This document shows, in pieces, positions 1-13,200 of a stretch of DNA of 64,000 bases. The stretch spans positions 310,001 to 374,000 of the forward strand of contig JASANG010003810.1 of the NCBI GenBank assembly GCA_030248215.1, written 5' to 3'. This DNA comes from Enoplolaimus lenunculus. Lineage: Eukaryota. Each line of letters starts with the position of its first letter. Positions within the stretch are counted from its first letter, which is position 1. Both the position numbers and the translations under genes were made by a program. The notes beneath the pieces are model-generated. The model had not been told where the DNA came from. It saw only the letters and a list, made by a program, of their open reading frames with translations, and did not search any database.

Positions 1-181
1 AAATATATTTCAATCTAAAAACTAAAACAAAACTAAAACCAAATCCTAAACCACACATTAAGGGAGAGTCCCCGGCTCCGCCTACTGAGACAGAATAGCC
101 ATATAACGAAATACTGTAATATCTAAAAGTCGTTTAAGAGCTAGTTGCAATTTGAACTCCCGCGGTTGAAATATACTCACT

Positions 182-600
182 GGCCAATGTGTGAAACAGT
201 ACCGTAATACACAGTATGTATAAAGCATATTCTGAAGCGTATGCTTACACTGTAAATTCCAATGACTTGATTAATCAATTCAGCTAGCGAGTTAGTTATT
301 TCTAAATTATAAAATCAGTAAACATTAACTCATTCTGTGATGAGCTGATTCTCACTCTGAGTTAAGTTTATTAGCTCAGAATGAATTGAATAAGCTCAAA
401 ATTTTGAGTTCTGATAGTCCTACTTCAGACTGACTGATTTAACTTAAGTTAAAATCAACTCACTAAAATTTACAGTGTAACCCTAAACATTAGAATGCGC
501 TCATAGCTAAGCCTAAGCAAAAATTAGTCTAAAGCTTCAGCTTATTCTATTTCAGTCCGACAGAAAGGCGCTTAATTCCTGATATTTCTTTACATGAGCC
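182..600. mobile_element. Degenerate TTAGGC/GCCTAA-containing MITE (family A) interrupted by a family B MITE
   Basis: Starts GGCCAATGT and ends ACATGAGCC, matching the ends of the intact copies at 34364 and 42065. Internal GCCTAA units. Split by the element at 248-477. Confidence 0.6.
248..477. mobile_element. CMC/EnSpm-like MITE family B (CACTGTAAATT TIR, 2-bp TSD)
   Basis: CACTGTAAATT...AATTTACAGTG with TA on both sides. Same family as 19313, 19678, 22550, 24698, 29410 and 40156. Confidence 0.8.
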
Positions 601-812
601 TAAATGATTTTGTTTGTGTATTTTCATGCGCCGGCGCACCAAATCGTGTGTCTACTGTGAGCTTAGCTGATCCTTCGTTTGATGGCAATAACGAAGCACA
701 ACCTTGCAGTCGCTTTGCCAATTTACGTCAAGTTTACGAGACTAAAATTATGCCACTTCAATCTACGTTAAGAATTGACGAGTTGATACCGGATGTACAC
801 GAAGGTATTATA

Positions 813-1642
813 ATGATTACAAATTACAATCCTAAGTTGAACATTGGAATCATCAAAAAAATTGTGTAAAAAATTCTTTGTAGTTGTTTTTTACGAAAGC
901 CCGTATGCGATCCTTAAAAAGGAATTCTTAGCGTTAAAACTGTACCGTTCCTGATTCTGAAGTGCGCTCCGTGACTGATCCTGATTCTGCTCCATTTTTT
1001 TCTGGTTGACTCGGTTTCATCGGTGTAACGCACTTGCGTCTATTGTTTGGCATTGCTAAATGTGTAAACTTAGCTATTATAATGTAAACTACAGCGCTCC
1101 GTATTAGTTTCTGTGGTTTATTTTGATGTGTAGCTTAAATTAAACCATTTACAATCGTCAGACAACGACCTTAAGCCTAATCTAACCGAGATGAACCTAT
1201 TGACTACCTTATCAGTTACCCGAACCGGGAAATTGTTGGTTCTTTCAATAGGTTCCACTCGGCTAGATTAGGCTTTACATCTTTGGCTGACGATTCTAAA
1301 TTCGCTTAATTTAAGCTACACCTCAAATTTATTCATAGAAACTAATACGGAGCTCTGTGGTTTACATAATAACAGCTAAGTTTACACATTTGGCAATGCC
1401 GAACAAAACACGCAAGCTCACTTCACCAACGAAACTGAGTCAACCAGGAAAAATCGAGCAGAATTAGACTCAGTCACGGAGCGCACCTCAGAATCAGGAA
1501 CGGTACGGTTTTCCGGTTTTCAGCGCTAGGAATTTTTTTAGGATCGCATATATACCGACTTTCTAAAAAGCAATTGCAAAGAATTTTGACACAATTTTTT
1601 GGTGATTACAATGTTCAACTTACGATAGTAATTTGTAATCAT
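813..1642. mobile_element. ~830-bp foldback/palindromic element
   Basis: 813-~1203 is the diverged reverse complement of ~1245-1642 (e.g. CCGTTCCTGATTCTGA / TCAGAATCAGGAACGG), with a ~40-bp spacer. Confidence 0.8.
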
Positions 1643-1644
1643 AC

Positions 1645-1980
1645 AAAAGTGGGTAATTTTTCCGAATCAATATATTTGTTCCAACTGTCAGTTGGACTAC
1701 ATTGGTTCGACCAATCGACAATTTTTTAAACGCATTTGCGAGCACCAGCAGTTTCCAGATAGCACCCTCAATCAAACTAAGTCAAGTTCAACATTCAAGT
1801 CAACTATCACAGACGACAGTCACAGTTGCGGTCTTTTTTACTTTTCTACAATCTCTGCCAGTTCTCGTCAGAGCACCCCCTCTAGATACAACTTCGCTCT
1901 CTATGACCTCGAATCACTCTTCATACGCGATTTACGACCTAAATTGAATCTGCAGAGCAATACTTATCGCTATAGAATAA
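1645..1980 (+). mobile_element. Penelope-like retroelement remnant, GIY-YIG endonuclease C-terminus
   Basis: Translates YICSNCQLDYIGSTNRQFFKRICEH...LESLFIRDLRPKLNLQ: CxxC before YIGxT, RxxEH and the ExLFIxxxxPxLN end typical of PLE GIY-YIG domains. No RT is present upstream. Confidence 0.75.
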
Positions 1981-2383
1981 TTGTCACCAAAATTTTCATC
2001 AAATCCGTTGCTAGCCCTTACCAATGACTGACCACTTATCGTGTAATAATTTTTACGTGTGTGATATATGTATAAATCAATATATATATTTGTATATAAT
2101 CATATGAACACGATAGTGTTCATATATATGATTCGCGCATCTCAAGCGCGTATTTTCAGTTTAGTTCGCATGTTGGTGCTCAAGTAATATCAGACCTGTA
2201 TCGTTTAAATTTTGTACACTGGTATCCTGGTACGTAAGGAATATTTGTGCCAAAGGATTTTGCAAACCAGTGTGGTCTTTAATAGTTACGGTCAAAAAAC
2301 TCCTTACAGAAAGTGCACGAAATTTTTCATTTTGGTTCAACACTTTTTACACGTTAGCTATGTAATTTTACGATTATAACTTT

Positions 2384-5300
2384 CACCACTTTATAGAGCT
2401 TACGGTTGGTTTCACCCCAACAGTCGGTTGCACCCCAACGGTTGGTTTCACCCCAACGGTTGGTTTCACCCCAACGGTTAGTTTTACCCCAACGGTTGGT
2501 TTTGCCCCAACGGTTGGTTTTGCCCCAACGGTTGGTTTTGCCCCAACGGTTGGTTTCACCCCAACGGTTGGTTTCACCCCAACGGTTGGTTTCACCCCAA
2601 CGGTTGGTTTTGCCCCAACGGTTGGTTTTGCCCCAACGGTTGGTTTTGCCCCAACGGTTGGTTTTGCCCCACCACTTTATAGAGCTTACGGTTGGTTTCA
2701 CCCCAACGGTTGGTTTCACCCCAACAGTCGGTTTCACCCCAACGGTTGGTGTCACCCCAACGGTTGGTTTCACCCCCACGGTTAGTTTTGCCCCAACGGT
2801 TGGTTTTGCCCCAACGGTTGGTTTTGCCCCAACGGTTGGTTTTGCCCCAACGGTTGGTTTCACCCCAACGGTTGGTTGCACCCCAACAGTCGGTTTCTCC
2901 CCAACGGTTGGTTTCACCCCAACGGTTGGTTTTGCCCCAACGGTTGGTTTTGCCCCAACGGTTGCTTTTGCCCCAACGGTTGGTTTTGCCCCAACGGTTG
3001 GTTTCACCCCAACGGTTGGTTTTGCCCCAACGGTTGGTTTCAGCTCAACGGTTGGTTTCACCCCAACGGTTGGCTTCACCAAACGGATGGTTTCTCCCCA
3101 ACGGATGGTTTCACCACAACAGTGGGTTCCACCCCAACGGTTGGTTTTTACCCCAACGGTTGGTTTCACCCCAACGGTTGGTCTCACCCCAACAGTCGGT
3201 TTCACCCCAACAGTCGGTTTCACCCCAACGGTTGGTTTCACCCCAACGGTTGGTTTCACCCCAACGGTTAATTTTGCCCCAACGGTTGGTTTTGCCCCAA
3301 CGGTTGGTTTTGCCCCAACGGTTGGTTTCACCGCAACGGTTGTCTTCACCAAACGGATGGCTTCACCAAACGGATGGTTTCACTCCAACGGATGGTTTCA
3401 CCACAACAGTGGGTTCCACCCCAACGGTTGGTTTTACCCCAACGGTTGGTTTCACTCCAACGGTTGGTCTCACCCCAACAGTCGGTTTCACCCCAACGGT
3501 TGGTCTCACCCCAACAGTCGGTTTCACCCCAACGGTTGGTTTTGCCCCAACGGTTGGTTTGGCCCCAACGGTTGGTTTCACCCCAACGGTTGGTTTCATC
3601 CCAACGGTTGGTTTCACCCCAACAGTCGGTTTCTCCCCAACGGTTGGTTTCACCTCCGGTTGGTTTTGCCCCACCACTTTATAGAGCTTACGGTTGGTTT
3701 CACCCCAACGGTTGGTGTCACCCCAACAGTCGGTTTCACCCCAACGGTTGGTTTCACCCCAACGGTTGGTTTCACCCCAACGGTTAGTTTTGCCCCAACG
3801 GTTGGTTTTGCCCCAACGGTTGGTTTCAGCTCAACGGTTGGTTTCACCCCAACGGTTGGCTTCACCAAACGGATGGTTTCTCCCCAACGGATGGTTTCAC
3901 CACAACAGTGGGTTCCACCCCAACGGTTGGTTTTTACCCCAACGGTTGGTTTCACCCCAACGGTTGGTTTCACCCCAACGGTTGGTCTCACCCCAACAGT
4001 CGGTTTCACCCCAACAGTCGGTTTCACCCCAACGGTTGGTTTCACCCCAACGGTTGGTTTCACCCCAACGGTTAATTTTGCCCCAACGGTTGGTTTTGCC
4101 CCAACGGTTGGTTTTGCCCCAACGGTTGGTTTCACCGCAACGGTTGGCTTCACCAAACGGATGGCTTCACCAAACGGATGGTTTCACTCCAACGGATGGT
4201 TTCACCACAACAGTGGGTTCCACCCCAACGGTTGGTTTTACCCCAACGGTTGGTTTCACTCCAACGGTTGGTCTCACCCCAACAGTCGGTTTCACCCCAA
4301 CGGTTGGTCTCACCCCAACAGTCGGTTTCACCCCAACGGTTGGTTTTGCCCCAACGGTTGGTTTGGCCCCAACGGTTGGTTTCACCCCAACGGTTGGTTT
4401 CATCCCAACGGTTGGTTTCACCCCAACAGTCGGTTTCTCCCCAACGGTTGGTTTCACCTCCGGTTGGTTTTGCCCCACCACTTTATAGAGCTTACGGTTG
4501 GTTTCACCCCAACGGTTGGTGTCACCCCAACAGTCGGTTTCACCCCAACGGTTGGTTTCACCCCAACGGTTGGTTTCACCCCAACGGTTAGTTTTGCCCC
4601 AACGGTTGGTTTTGCCCCAACGGTTGGTTTTGCCCCAACGGTTGGTTTCACCGCAACGGTTGGTTTCACCCCAACAGTCGGTTTCTCCCCAACGGTTGGT
4701 TTCACCCCAACGGTTGGTTTCACCCCAACGGTTGGTTTTGCCCCAACGGTTGGTTTTGCCCCAACGGTCGGTTTTGCCCCAACGGTTGGTTTCAGCTCAA
4801 CGGTTGGTTTCACCCCAACGGTTGGCTTCACCAAACGGATGGTTTCACTCCAACGGATGGTTTCACCACAACAGTGGGTTCCACCCCAACGGTTGGTTTT
4901 ACCCCAACGGTTGGTTTTACCCGAACGGTTGGTTTCACCCCAACGGTTGGTCTCACCCCAACGGTTGGTTTCATCCCAACGGTTGGTTTCACCCCAACAG
5001 TCGGTTTCTCCCCAACGGTTGGTTTCACCTCCGGTTGGTTTTGCCCCACCACTTTATAGAGCTTACGGTTGGTTTCACCCCAACGGTTGGTGTCACCCCA
5101 ACAGTCGGTTTCACCCCAACAGTCGGTTTCACCCCAACGGTTGGTTTCACCCCAACGGTTGGTTTCATCCCAACGGTTGGTTTCACCCCAACAGTCGGTT
5201 TCTCCCCAACGGTTGGTTTCACCTCCGGTTGGTTTTGCCCCACCACTTTATAGAGCTTACGGTTGGTTTCACCCCAACGGTTGGTGTCACCCCAACAGTC

Positions 5301-6230
5301 GGTTTCACCCCAACAGTCGGTTTCACCCCAACGGTTGGTTTCACCCCAACGGTTGGTTTCACCCCAACGGTTAGTTTTGCCCCAACGGTTGGTTTTGCCC
5401 CAACGGTTGGTTTTGCCCCAACGGTTGGTTTCACCGCAACGGTTGGTTTCACCCCAACAGTCGGTTTCTCCCCAACGGTTGGTTTCACCCCAACGGTTGG
5501 TTTCACCCCAACGGTTGGTTTCACCCCAACGGTTGGTTTTGCCCCAACGGTTGGTTTCAGCTCAACGGTTGGTTTCACCCCAACGGTTGGCTTCACCAAA
5601 CGGATGGTTTCACTCCAACAGTGGGTTCCACCCCAACGGTTGGTTTTACCCCAACGGTTGGTTTTACCCCAACGGTTGGTTTCACCCCAACGGTTGGTCT
5701 CACCCCAACAGTCGGTTTCACCCCAACGGTTGGTCTCACCCCAACGGTTGGTTTTGCCCCAACGGTTGGTTTGGCCCCAACGGTTGGTTTGGCCCCAACG
5801 GTTGGTTTTGCCCCAACGGTTGGTTTCACCCCAACGGTTGGTTTCACCCCAACAGTCGGTTTCTCCCCAACGGTTGGTTTCACCCCAACGGTTGGTTTCA
5901 CCCCAACGGTCGGTTTCACCCCGACGGTCGGTTTCACCCCAACGGTCGGTTTCATCCCAACGGTTGGTTTCACCCCAACGGTTGGTTTCACCCCAGCGGT
6001 TGGTTCCACCCCAACGGTTGGTTTCACCGCAACGGTTGGTTTTGCCCCAACGGTTTGTTTCACCCCAGGGGTTCGTTTCACCCCAGCGGTTAATTTTACC
6101 CCAGCGGTTAATTTTGCCCCAGAGGTTGGTTTCACCCTAACGGCTGGTTTCACCTCAACGGTCGGTTTCAGCCCAAGGGTTGGTTTCACACAAACGGTTA
6201 GCTTCACCGCAACGGACCATGTCACCCCCA
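2384..6230. repeat. 18-bp minisatellite (consensus GGTTTCACCCCAACGGTT), about 200 units, with higher-order segments
   Basis: Direct tandem array with TTCA/TTTG and ACGGTT/ACAGTC variants. The junction sequence CACCACTTTATAGAGCTTA recurs at 2384, 2670, 3672, 4476, 5047 and 5241. Units degenerate toward 6230. Confidence 0.97.
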
Positions 6231-6264
6231 TGGATTAATGCAGCAGCTTGGTAAAGCGGTTGAA

Positions 6265-7029
6265 ACTAGAAAAAAATGCTCAGCACTTGAGCAAAAAGGG
6301 ATATGTTTCATATTCCTATTAAAAGTATGGTAAACTAGATCAGCACATTCGCTTTATGTAACCTGGAAAAGTATTAAGATACAATAGCGGCCAAAATCAT
6401 GTTAATCATTAATTTTTCTGAAACATATTGCGGACAGCAAAATTTCTGTAATATTTTTTGTAAGAAACAGATGCTTTTCTTGAATGCAAACCGAAATTAT
6501 TTCTGAAATGTAGACAGATTTTGCTTGGAATCCATGAATGTATATTGAAGTTCTCTACAAAACGTATTAAGTTTACCTATGGCTTTGTATTACCATAGTT
6601 AATTGAATTTCATAAGAGCATTGTGTGGCAACATAATGGCTGTTACAGTAATGCGCATTTCCCACCCGAGTTATTTATCTGTTTCACTGCATAGTCACGA
6701 CTATTGAAGCTCACAAATCGCACCGTATTCTGGCAACATCGATTAACTTGCAAAATCAAAGAGCGGTATACCTCAGCCATGTCTCTGCGACCCTAAGGAA
6801 TTTCTGAAAATTGCTAACAAATCCTGTCAAAAACTTCAATGTTAGAAATAGATTTGCTGTCCGCAAGATGTTTCAGAAAAATTAATAATTAACATGATTT
6901 TGGCCGCTATTGTATCTTAATACTTTTCCAGGTTACATAAAGCGAATGTGCTGATCTAGTTTACCATACTTTTAATAGGAATATGAAACATATCCCTTTT
7001 TGCTCAAGTGCTGAGCATTTTTTTCTAGT
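6265..7029. mobile_element. MITE with ~177-bp near-perfect terminal inverted repeats
   Basis: 6265-6441 (ACTAGAAAAAAATGCTCAGCACTTGAGC...) is the reverse complement of 6853-7029 with very few mismatches. Non-coding interior. Confidence 0.85.
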
Positions 7030-7299
7030 AATATACAATATCTGTTTTAAACAGAACAATTTGTAAAATATATATGTCACAGAGCAAATTGCTACGCTGG
7101 GTGTATATTTTGCTGCTCTCAGAATACTCTGCGGTAAACAGCTACACTCTTGTGTATATTACAGATTACTACCAGCACCAGGAGTTTAGTAGGAGAGCAC
7201 TATCACGGTATGCATAAGTTACTTAATAATGAAACAAACTCTTGCAGTTGGTAAACAAAAGGTAATAATGTACGACACGTAGTAAATCCTCTACTACTG

Positions 7300-7542
7300 C
7301 ACTCTCGTTATTATGCGTAACAAAATACCCTGCGTAGCAATTTGCGCTGCGACGTATATACTGCAAGCCGCAGCCGGAGGTAAAAATAGAAGCTGAAGGT
7401 GAAACGAAAGTTAATTGCTCTCCTACCGCACTCTTGTCATTATGCGTGGCAAACTACCCGGCGTTGCAAGTTGCGCTACGACATATATACTGCAGGCTGT
7501 AACCGGAGGGAAAAATACGAAACTGCAGATGAAACAAAGTTT
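7300..7542. repeat. ~129-bp diverged tandem duplication overlapping the right arm of an inverted repeat (7070-7360)
   Basis: CACTCTCGTTATTATGCGT...GAAACGAAAGTT versus CACTCTTGTCATTATGCGT...GAAACAAAGTT. Confidence 0.65.
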
Positions 7543-10015
7543 GGATAATTTAACAATATTATCTTTAGTGTTTTCAACAATTGGATTTTCGGCTAGATTC
7601 TTGAGAAATCTGTGGCAATTATAAAATTATAATTATTCTTAAGGACAGAAGTGTTACAAATACAAAATTTAAGCACTGAAATTGTTGGAACCTGTAGCGA
7701 AACTGCGAGCCCGGCGGAAATACATTTTCTATTGTGCCTAAGATATTCAATTGCCAGCAATTTTTAAATGGTTTTCAAAACTGTGAATTAAGGTCCTACA
7801 ACAATCAATATTTGACGAAGTGTCTTACTGTCACCGCCCTCGGGCAGTGACTCTGTTTTCACTCGCGGCAATCATCAAAGAAATATGTGTTATGATACAA
7901 AAAACGTTTGTAATAAATAGTTTTATTGCAAATTATCAACTGGAATTTTTTCACAATGATGCTTTAAAATGTAACATTCCTTCAGTCTGCACTATTGTTC
8001 TACAGCAAGAATTCAAACGAATTTCATTGTGTTGTTTTGAATCTAGTGTTACTAATCGCGCACGTTTGCTTATTTATAGGCCAGTCCTAAAAACTAAGGA
8101 AATTATCTAATTCATATGATTCAAACTTAAAACTTGCTTCGGTGTCTGAGCTAAAATACGTTATGCAGTTTGGGCATTTTTGTGTGCTAAAGATGATTAT
8201 AAATTTTGTCCCCTTTCGGTCTGAAAACTAACCATTGGTGCAGCCTCTAGTATAAGCGAAGCTACGAGTAACGCTTCAACAGACGTCAAAAGTTGCAGTC
8301 GTATTCTCGGCGCAGTGAATAGCAAGGTGCTGTTGGGCTGAAACAGTACATACGATTCATTTTGGTTTGACTTAACACTCAAATCTGTTTGCTAAAGCAT
8401 GTAATAGAAAAAATAAATACGAAAGCGATTTGCAATTGGCTGATCTTTTGTTGCATACGTACACTCGACAAAGGTCTTCAATGACTGCTTCCAGGTCTCA
8501 ACTGGAGGTGAAAAATATCACAAATAGAGATCAACAAAGTTTGCAGGAGCCGAAGCAGTAGTTGAAATAAGATTGGGTGCTTAAAGTAGCGTTTAATTTG
8601 GTAATTTCAGCAAATATTCGTAAAGTTGTTTTGTTTAGTTTTGGCTTAATTTTAAGAAATCCCGACAAACAACTTCTAAAATTGCATCAAAACTTGAAGC
8701 CATCGGCATCGAACGATATATAATACATGGTTGTTTAACTATGCATAATTTTACTATCGAAATTGTTGGAACCTCCTAGAATATGGTCTGAAAGACCTGA
8801 TTCGAAAGTCGGTTCAAATATCCGAAAATGCTTGGATCTCGGTGACTGTTTTTGGCATTCGGACAAAAGTAGCTTGTTTTCTCGTTTAGTTTCAGTGGCG
8901 GTCCAGAAATTTCTGGCGGGGGGATGCAGAAGTAGAAAATGTTAAGTTTTGGCAACAAGTTACGCACACACTTGCCCATGCAAAGAACAGGTCACTTCCA
9001 ATTTCCTGAGTAATTTTGAATTACACAAAATCTTACTTTACAAGATCCCAATTTCCCAAAAGCTTAGGCTATTCAGAACTTTAGGATTAGATTTAGGTTT
9101 AGGCTTAAGCTTAAGCCTACGCTTTAATAGGCTAAAGTTTAGGTGTAGGCTTAGGTTCGCGCATAGGCTATAAAGTCCATAGGCATGCAAATGCAGGAGC
9201 AGCCCCTCTGTAGCCAAATTGGCGTTGCTCGCAGTGCCGGGGGTACGAGCTCCTCCCAAACTCGCGAGCTAGAAGCTAGACGTATTTTAAAACTTGCCAA
9301 AACACACAGAAAATTAGTTGTGCTAAGTGTCGGGGCGAAGCCCCGAAAGAACGGAAATTTTGAGATATCGGAACCAAGATTTGCACTGTAAATTTAATTT
9401 TAACCCTGATTTCTGTTAACCCTAACCTCAGGCGTGTTATAGAGCACTTCGTGACACGCATTAGGGTAGGGTTAACTCAAAATTTACCTGCTATATATGT
9501 ATATACAACACACAAATTATTTATATGTGTGTGGACAATACGAGTTAACCTAGGGTTAACACATTGCAAAAATTGTGGCATTTTAGAAGAAAATTAAAAA
9601 TTTTCACAAAAGGGTTTTAAACCACTCGCCCCCCCTGGAGAAATTCTAACTCAGCAATATTTTCTTGCCACCCACACTGGAAATCCGTTAATCACCAGCT
9701 GAACCTGTTAACATTGTCTCAATCGAATTAACCCTACCCTAACGCTTGTCACAAACCCGTTTGTCACAAGCATTAGGGTAGGGTTAACAGAAAAAAAGCG
9801 TCATAATATAGGATTAACGCGTGACAAATTTAAAATCTGTCACACGTTAACCCTACATTATGACACTTTTTGTGGCAAGGTGCGGTACAATTTACACTCT
9901 GAAATATCAGCTGCTTTTAATAGTGACGGCGACCAGGCCGGCTCAGAAATGTGTCTAAACGAATTAACGGAGTATTCCTGGTTTTTACTGAGTACTCCGC
10001 TTTCGAATAAACCTG

Positions 10016-10233
10016 CACTGCAAAAAATGGTGAGTCAAATTGACTCTCTCCTCTCTCCGAAATAGGCTTTTCCGGACTACACAACCTGAGTCAAATTTTG
10101 TTTCCGCCAGAGTGAAATTCGACTCACTGACTCGCACGTTTGATTCTGGCGGAGTTGAATTTTGACTCAGTTTGTGTAGTCCCGAAAAGCCTATTTCGGA
10201 TGGAGTCAATTTGACTCACCATTTTTTGCTGTG
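10016..10233. mobile_element. CMC/EnSpm-like MITE family C (CACTGCAAAAAATGGTGAGTCAAATTGACTC TIR, 2-bp TSD)
   Basis: Near-palindromic ~220-bp element flanked by TG/TG. Confidence 0.85.
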
Positions 10234-10259
10234 TGAGAAACTTTTATTTTAAATTTCAG

Positions 10260-13200
10260 GAACATGGATTTGTGACAAATTGGTTGTATCAATAGTGGGC
10301 TTACCTGGTTCAGATATTAGACACGATTTATTGCGTTTCTCGTTGGAATCGGAAGAAACTCAACTTTATACAGGTATGTATTCCTCAAATCTTTGGTCAG
10401 TTAAACGTAGCTTATAAGTCAGTACTTAATACTAATGATGATTGAAAAAATACTTGAAATTTTAATTAAACGACCTCTAGTTGCGAACACCGAATAAACC
10501 TGGTGTGTATTATATTTCACAATCTTGTAGAATTTAAAAATACTGCCTTCCACAAAAGCAAAACTCAGTACGTAGACTATGTACAGATGCAGGGCCGGAG
10601 CAGCCACCCCCTACCCCCATTTGTGGGGCCTCCACCCCTAAAGGGGCCCCATACCGACCGGTGGAAACAAAAACTGCCAAAGTTTTTAAATGCGTCGGGT
10701 TTCTCGCTCGCTTCGCTCGCGAGTTTTGGACACAATTTTACCTTGCCGTGATTCTTTTAATGTGTTCACAAGCTACAACGACTTAAAATAACCACCAGAT
10801 TGCTAAATGTGGCCCATGTACAGAACAGGGCCGGATCGTTTTACTGGAGGGGCTGTAATGGAGTCAGTTTAAGCTTTAGACACATTTTTTTGCTTAGGCT
10901 TGTGAGAAGTTCGTGATTTTAGCTCAGTCCTGTACCCTGTATCACACCTTTATGCAGTTCTTTTCTCGATGTACGCAATCCGCTCTGATTTAGTAAACGC
11001 GGCTAGTAAATGTTTATTAACCCTCTCCAAATCCTGTATAACACCAACTATGAACGAGTAAATCATAGATTGTGCAATTTACCACGTAGTCTGATCCGGA
11101 ATCCTTAAAACCGATGCCTGAATCTATTTAGTCCAGCCACTGGCTTCACCGCTACCAATATTTTTACTCTTTTTCCAGAATCCGTGCAATTCTAACCCGT
11201 TAGAGATACACCCAGTTTCCGACCAATCTAACCCCGTTAGAATTGGGCAATCCGTTGTATAATAGTAAACCTAACCCCGTTAGATTCACTAGACTACAGT
11301 TTCCCAGGTTCTCCTTTAAATCCCAAGTTTTCAGCTTAACACATGACACCAGTATTCTATACTGGGTAACCCTTCGCCTTGCGCAACACAACTAATACCA
11401 AACACCGTGATTTCCTTCACATGTTAGGCCACCGTGACTATTCTTAACTAATTCAATTCAAACCTTACTTACCCAAGATTAGACAATATTCCACCAATCC
11501 GTAGACTAAGAAAAATTCGGTAAACAGAACTTCGCAAAAAGATATCAGCAAAACGCACCAATTTCAACCAGCTAAGATGACACATATGATTCCGGTCCCG
11601 GCTACCCCTGTGCGTCTCGACCTAATTTGCATACAGACCGACACCCACAATTGGGTGTCCGCCGATGCTATATTAGGTCCAGAGCTACACACCCTGTACA
11701 CAATCCTACCACAACAACAACAACAATAATAATATTACAACAACAACATAATAAGCATCATGTTGGTACTGACATCCTAGCTATGTCCTTTCACGCAAAG
11801 TCGGCCAAAACCATATGAAATACTATTCAATGGCCACGCAGGGCCCAGGTAAGTTTTACATTGCGGACGCAACCGCCATAGCATCGATTTTAACATTTTT
11901 ACATCTTGTAGCAACGCCAAAGCCTAACTTAATTTGTAAGAGAGACTAGGTGGAGCCAGGGCTTCCTTAAGGTGTGGTTTTGATTTATGGTTTTAATTTA
12001 TGTTTTAGTTTTTAGTTTGAAATAGGTTTAAGTGTGGCAGAGCCACCTACAAGGCTTAGGCTTAGGCTTATATTTAGGTATAGGCTCAGCCATACGCTCA
12101 GGCTTAGGCTTAGACTTAGGAATATGCTTAAACTACTGTTCCGGCCCTTAAAGAACGGTAATAAAAACAGTTTTGGAGTGGTGTGCAGTGTGCTGTCTCC
12201 CTTGGTTGGAGAATATAAAGTTTGCCAAAGCTTACACCTAAAATGTAAGCTGTTCAGCAACTTTATCAGGAAATGTAAAGACTTCGCGCTGCGCACGAAG
12301 TGTGATACATTTTAAAAATGGGTTCGCTTTCTAGATCCGCAATTTTGCAACTTTTGTGTTAAACCGTTTTTTGGAAAGTGTCCTTACAACTGTCAAACTC
12401 GAGCGTGAACTCGGACAACCTCAGATCAAACACCGAAAAGTTCTGGATTTACCTCTTCGTTGGGGCACACACCCTGGTGTTTAGGGGAGCCCCCACCAGA
12501 AGTGTCCGAAAAAATTAAATTTGGGGGCTTACAATTGCAATTCACGATTGTATACTTTTAGACCGAGGCTATTTGAAGGGCGCCAGCCGAATTTGAGGGG
12601 CGCGTCCCTCCAATGCCCCCGTGGGGACGTCCTTGGCTCCCACCCCTGTCCGCTCCGGCACTGTACAGAGGTTTTGAACAAAACAGATTCCATAACCAAG
12701 CACAAGCGATCAGTGAACGTTAATTATACAGCCTGGGCTGTAATTTTACTGCAAAAATTGAATAATTCAATATTCTCACCGGTGCATCACGATAATTTTA
12801 ATCTAAACTTCTGGTAAAATTCATGTAACATTGCACTGCAAAAAATGGTGAGTCAAATTGATTCTCTCCGAAATAAGGCACGACGGGACTACACACAAAC
12901 TGAGTCAAGTATAAGTTTGTGTGTGACTTGTGGTTTTTTATATGCGTAAAAATATGTATGAACATGTGTCAAAACTTATCATTTTCCACTTGTGCATCTT
13001 CCTCACCAGAAATTTCTAAATTCGCCAATGCCATTCATAAATAAACAAAAAAACTTAAAAAAACTCCCTTATTTCCGTTGGTTTGATCTGATTCCCAACG
13101 ATGCCGAAAATATTTTAACGAATAAATTTATGTCTTTGCATAATTATTGGTATCTTTGAGAGTCGGTTTGTACTTTTCTTTTTTTTCAGGGTTATCAAAT

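Noticed and set aside
2406..6140. 1244-aa ORF and the many overlapping PTVG/PQRL/PNGW ORFs
   Set aside because: The 18-bp unit lacks stops in most frames. The long ORF drifts through all three peptide registers at indel units and has no ATG start or splice support, so it is a by-product of the repeat.
2384..6230. CRISPR-like array
   Set aside because: No unique spacers, no cas genes and a eukaryotic context.
8190..8560. Coding-looking sequence upstream of the sarcalumenin-like gene
   Set aside because: Interrupted by stops, no family motif and cannot be spliced convincingly to the downstream exons.
12012..12315. LRLRLR/LSLSLS ORFs (also 8949, 30214, 32512, 34198)
   Set aside because: Translations of the TTAGGC repeats in family A MITEs.
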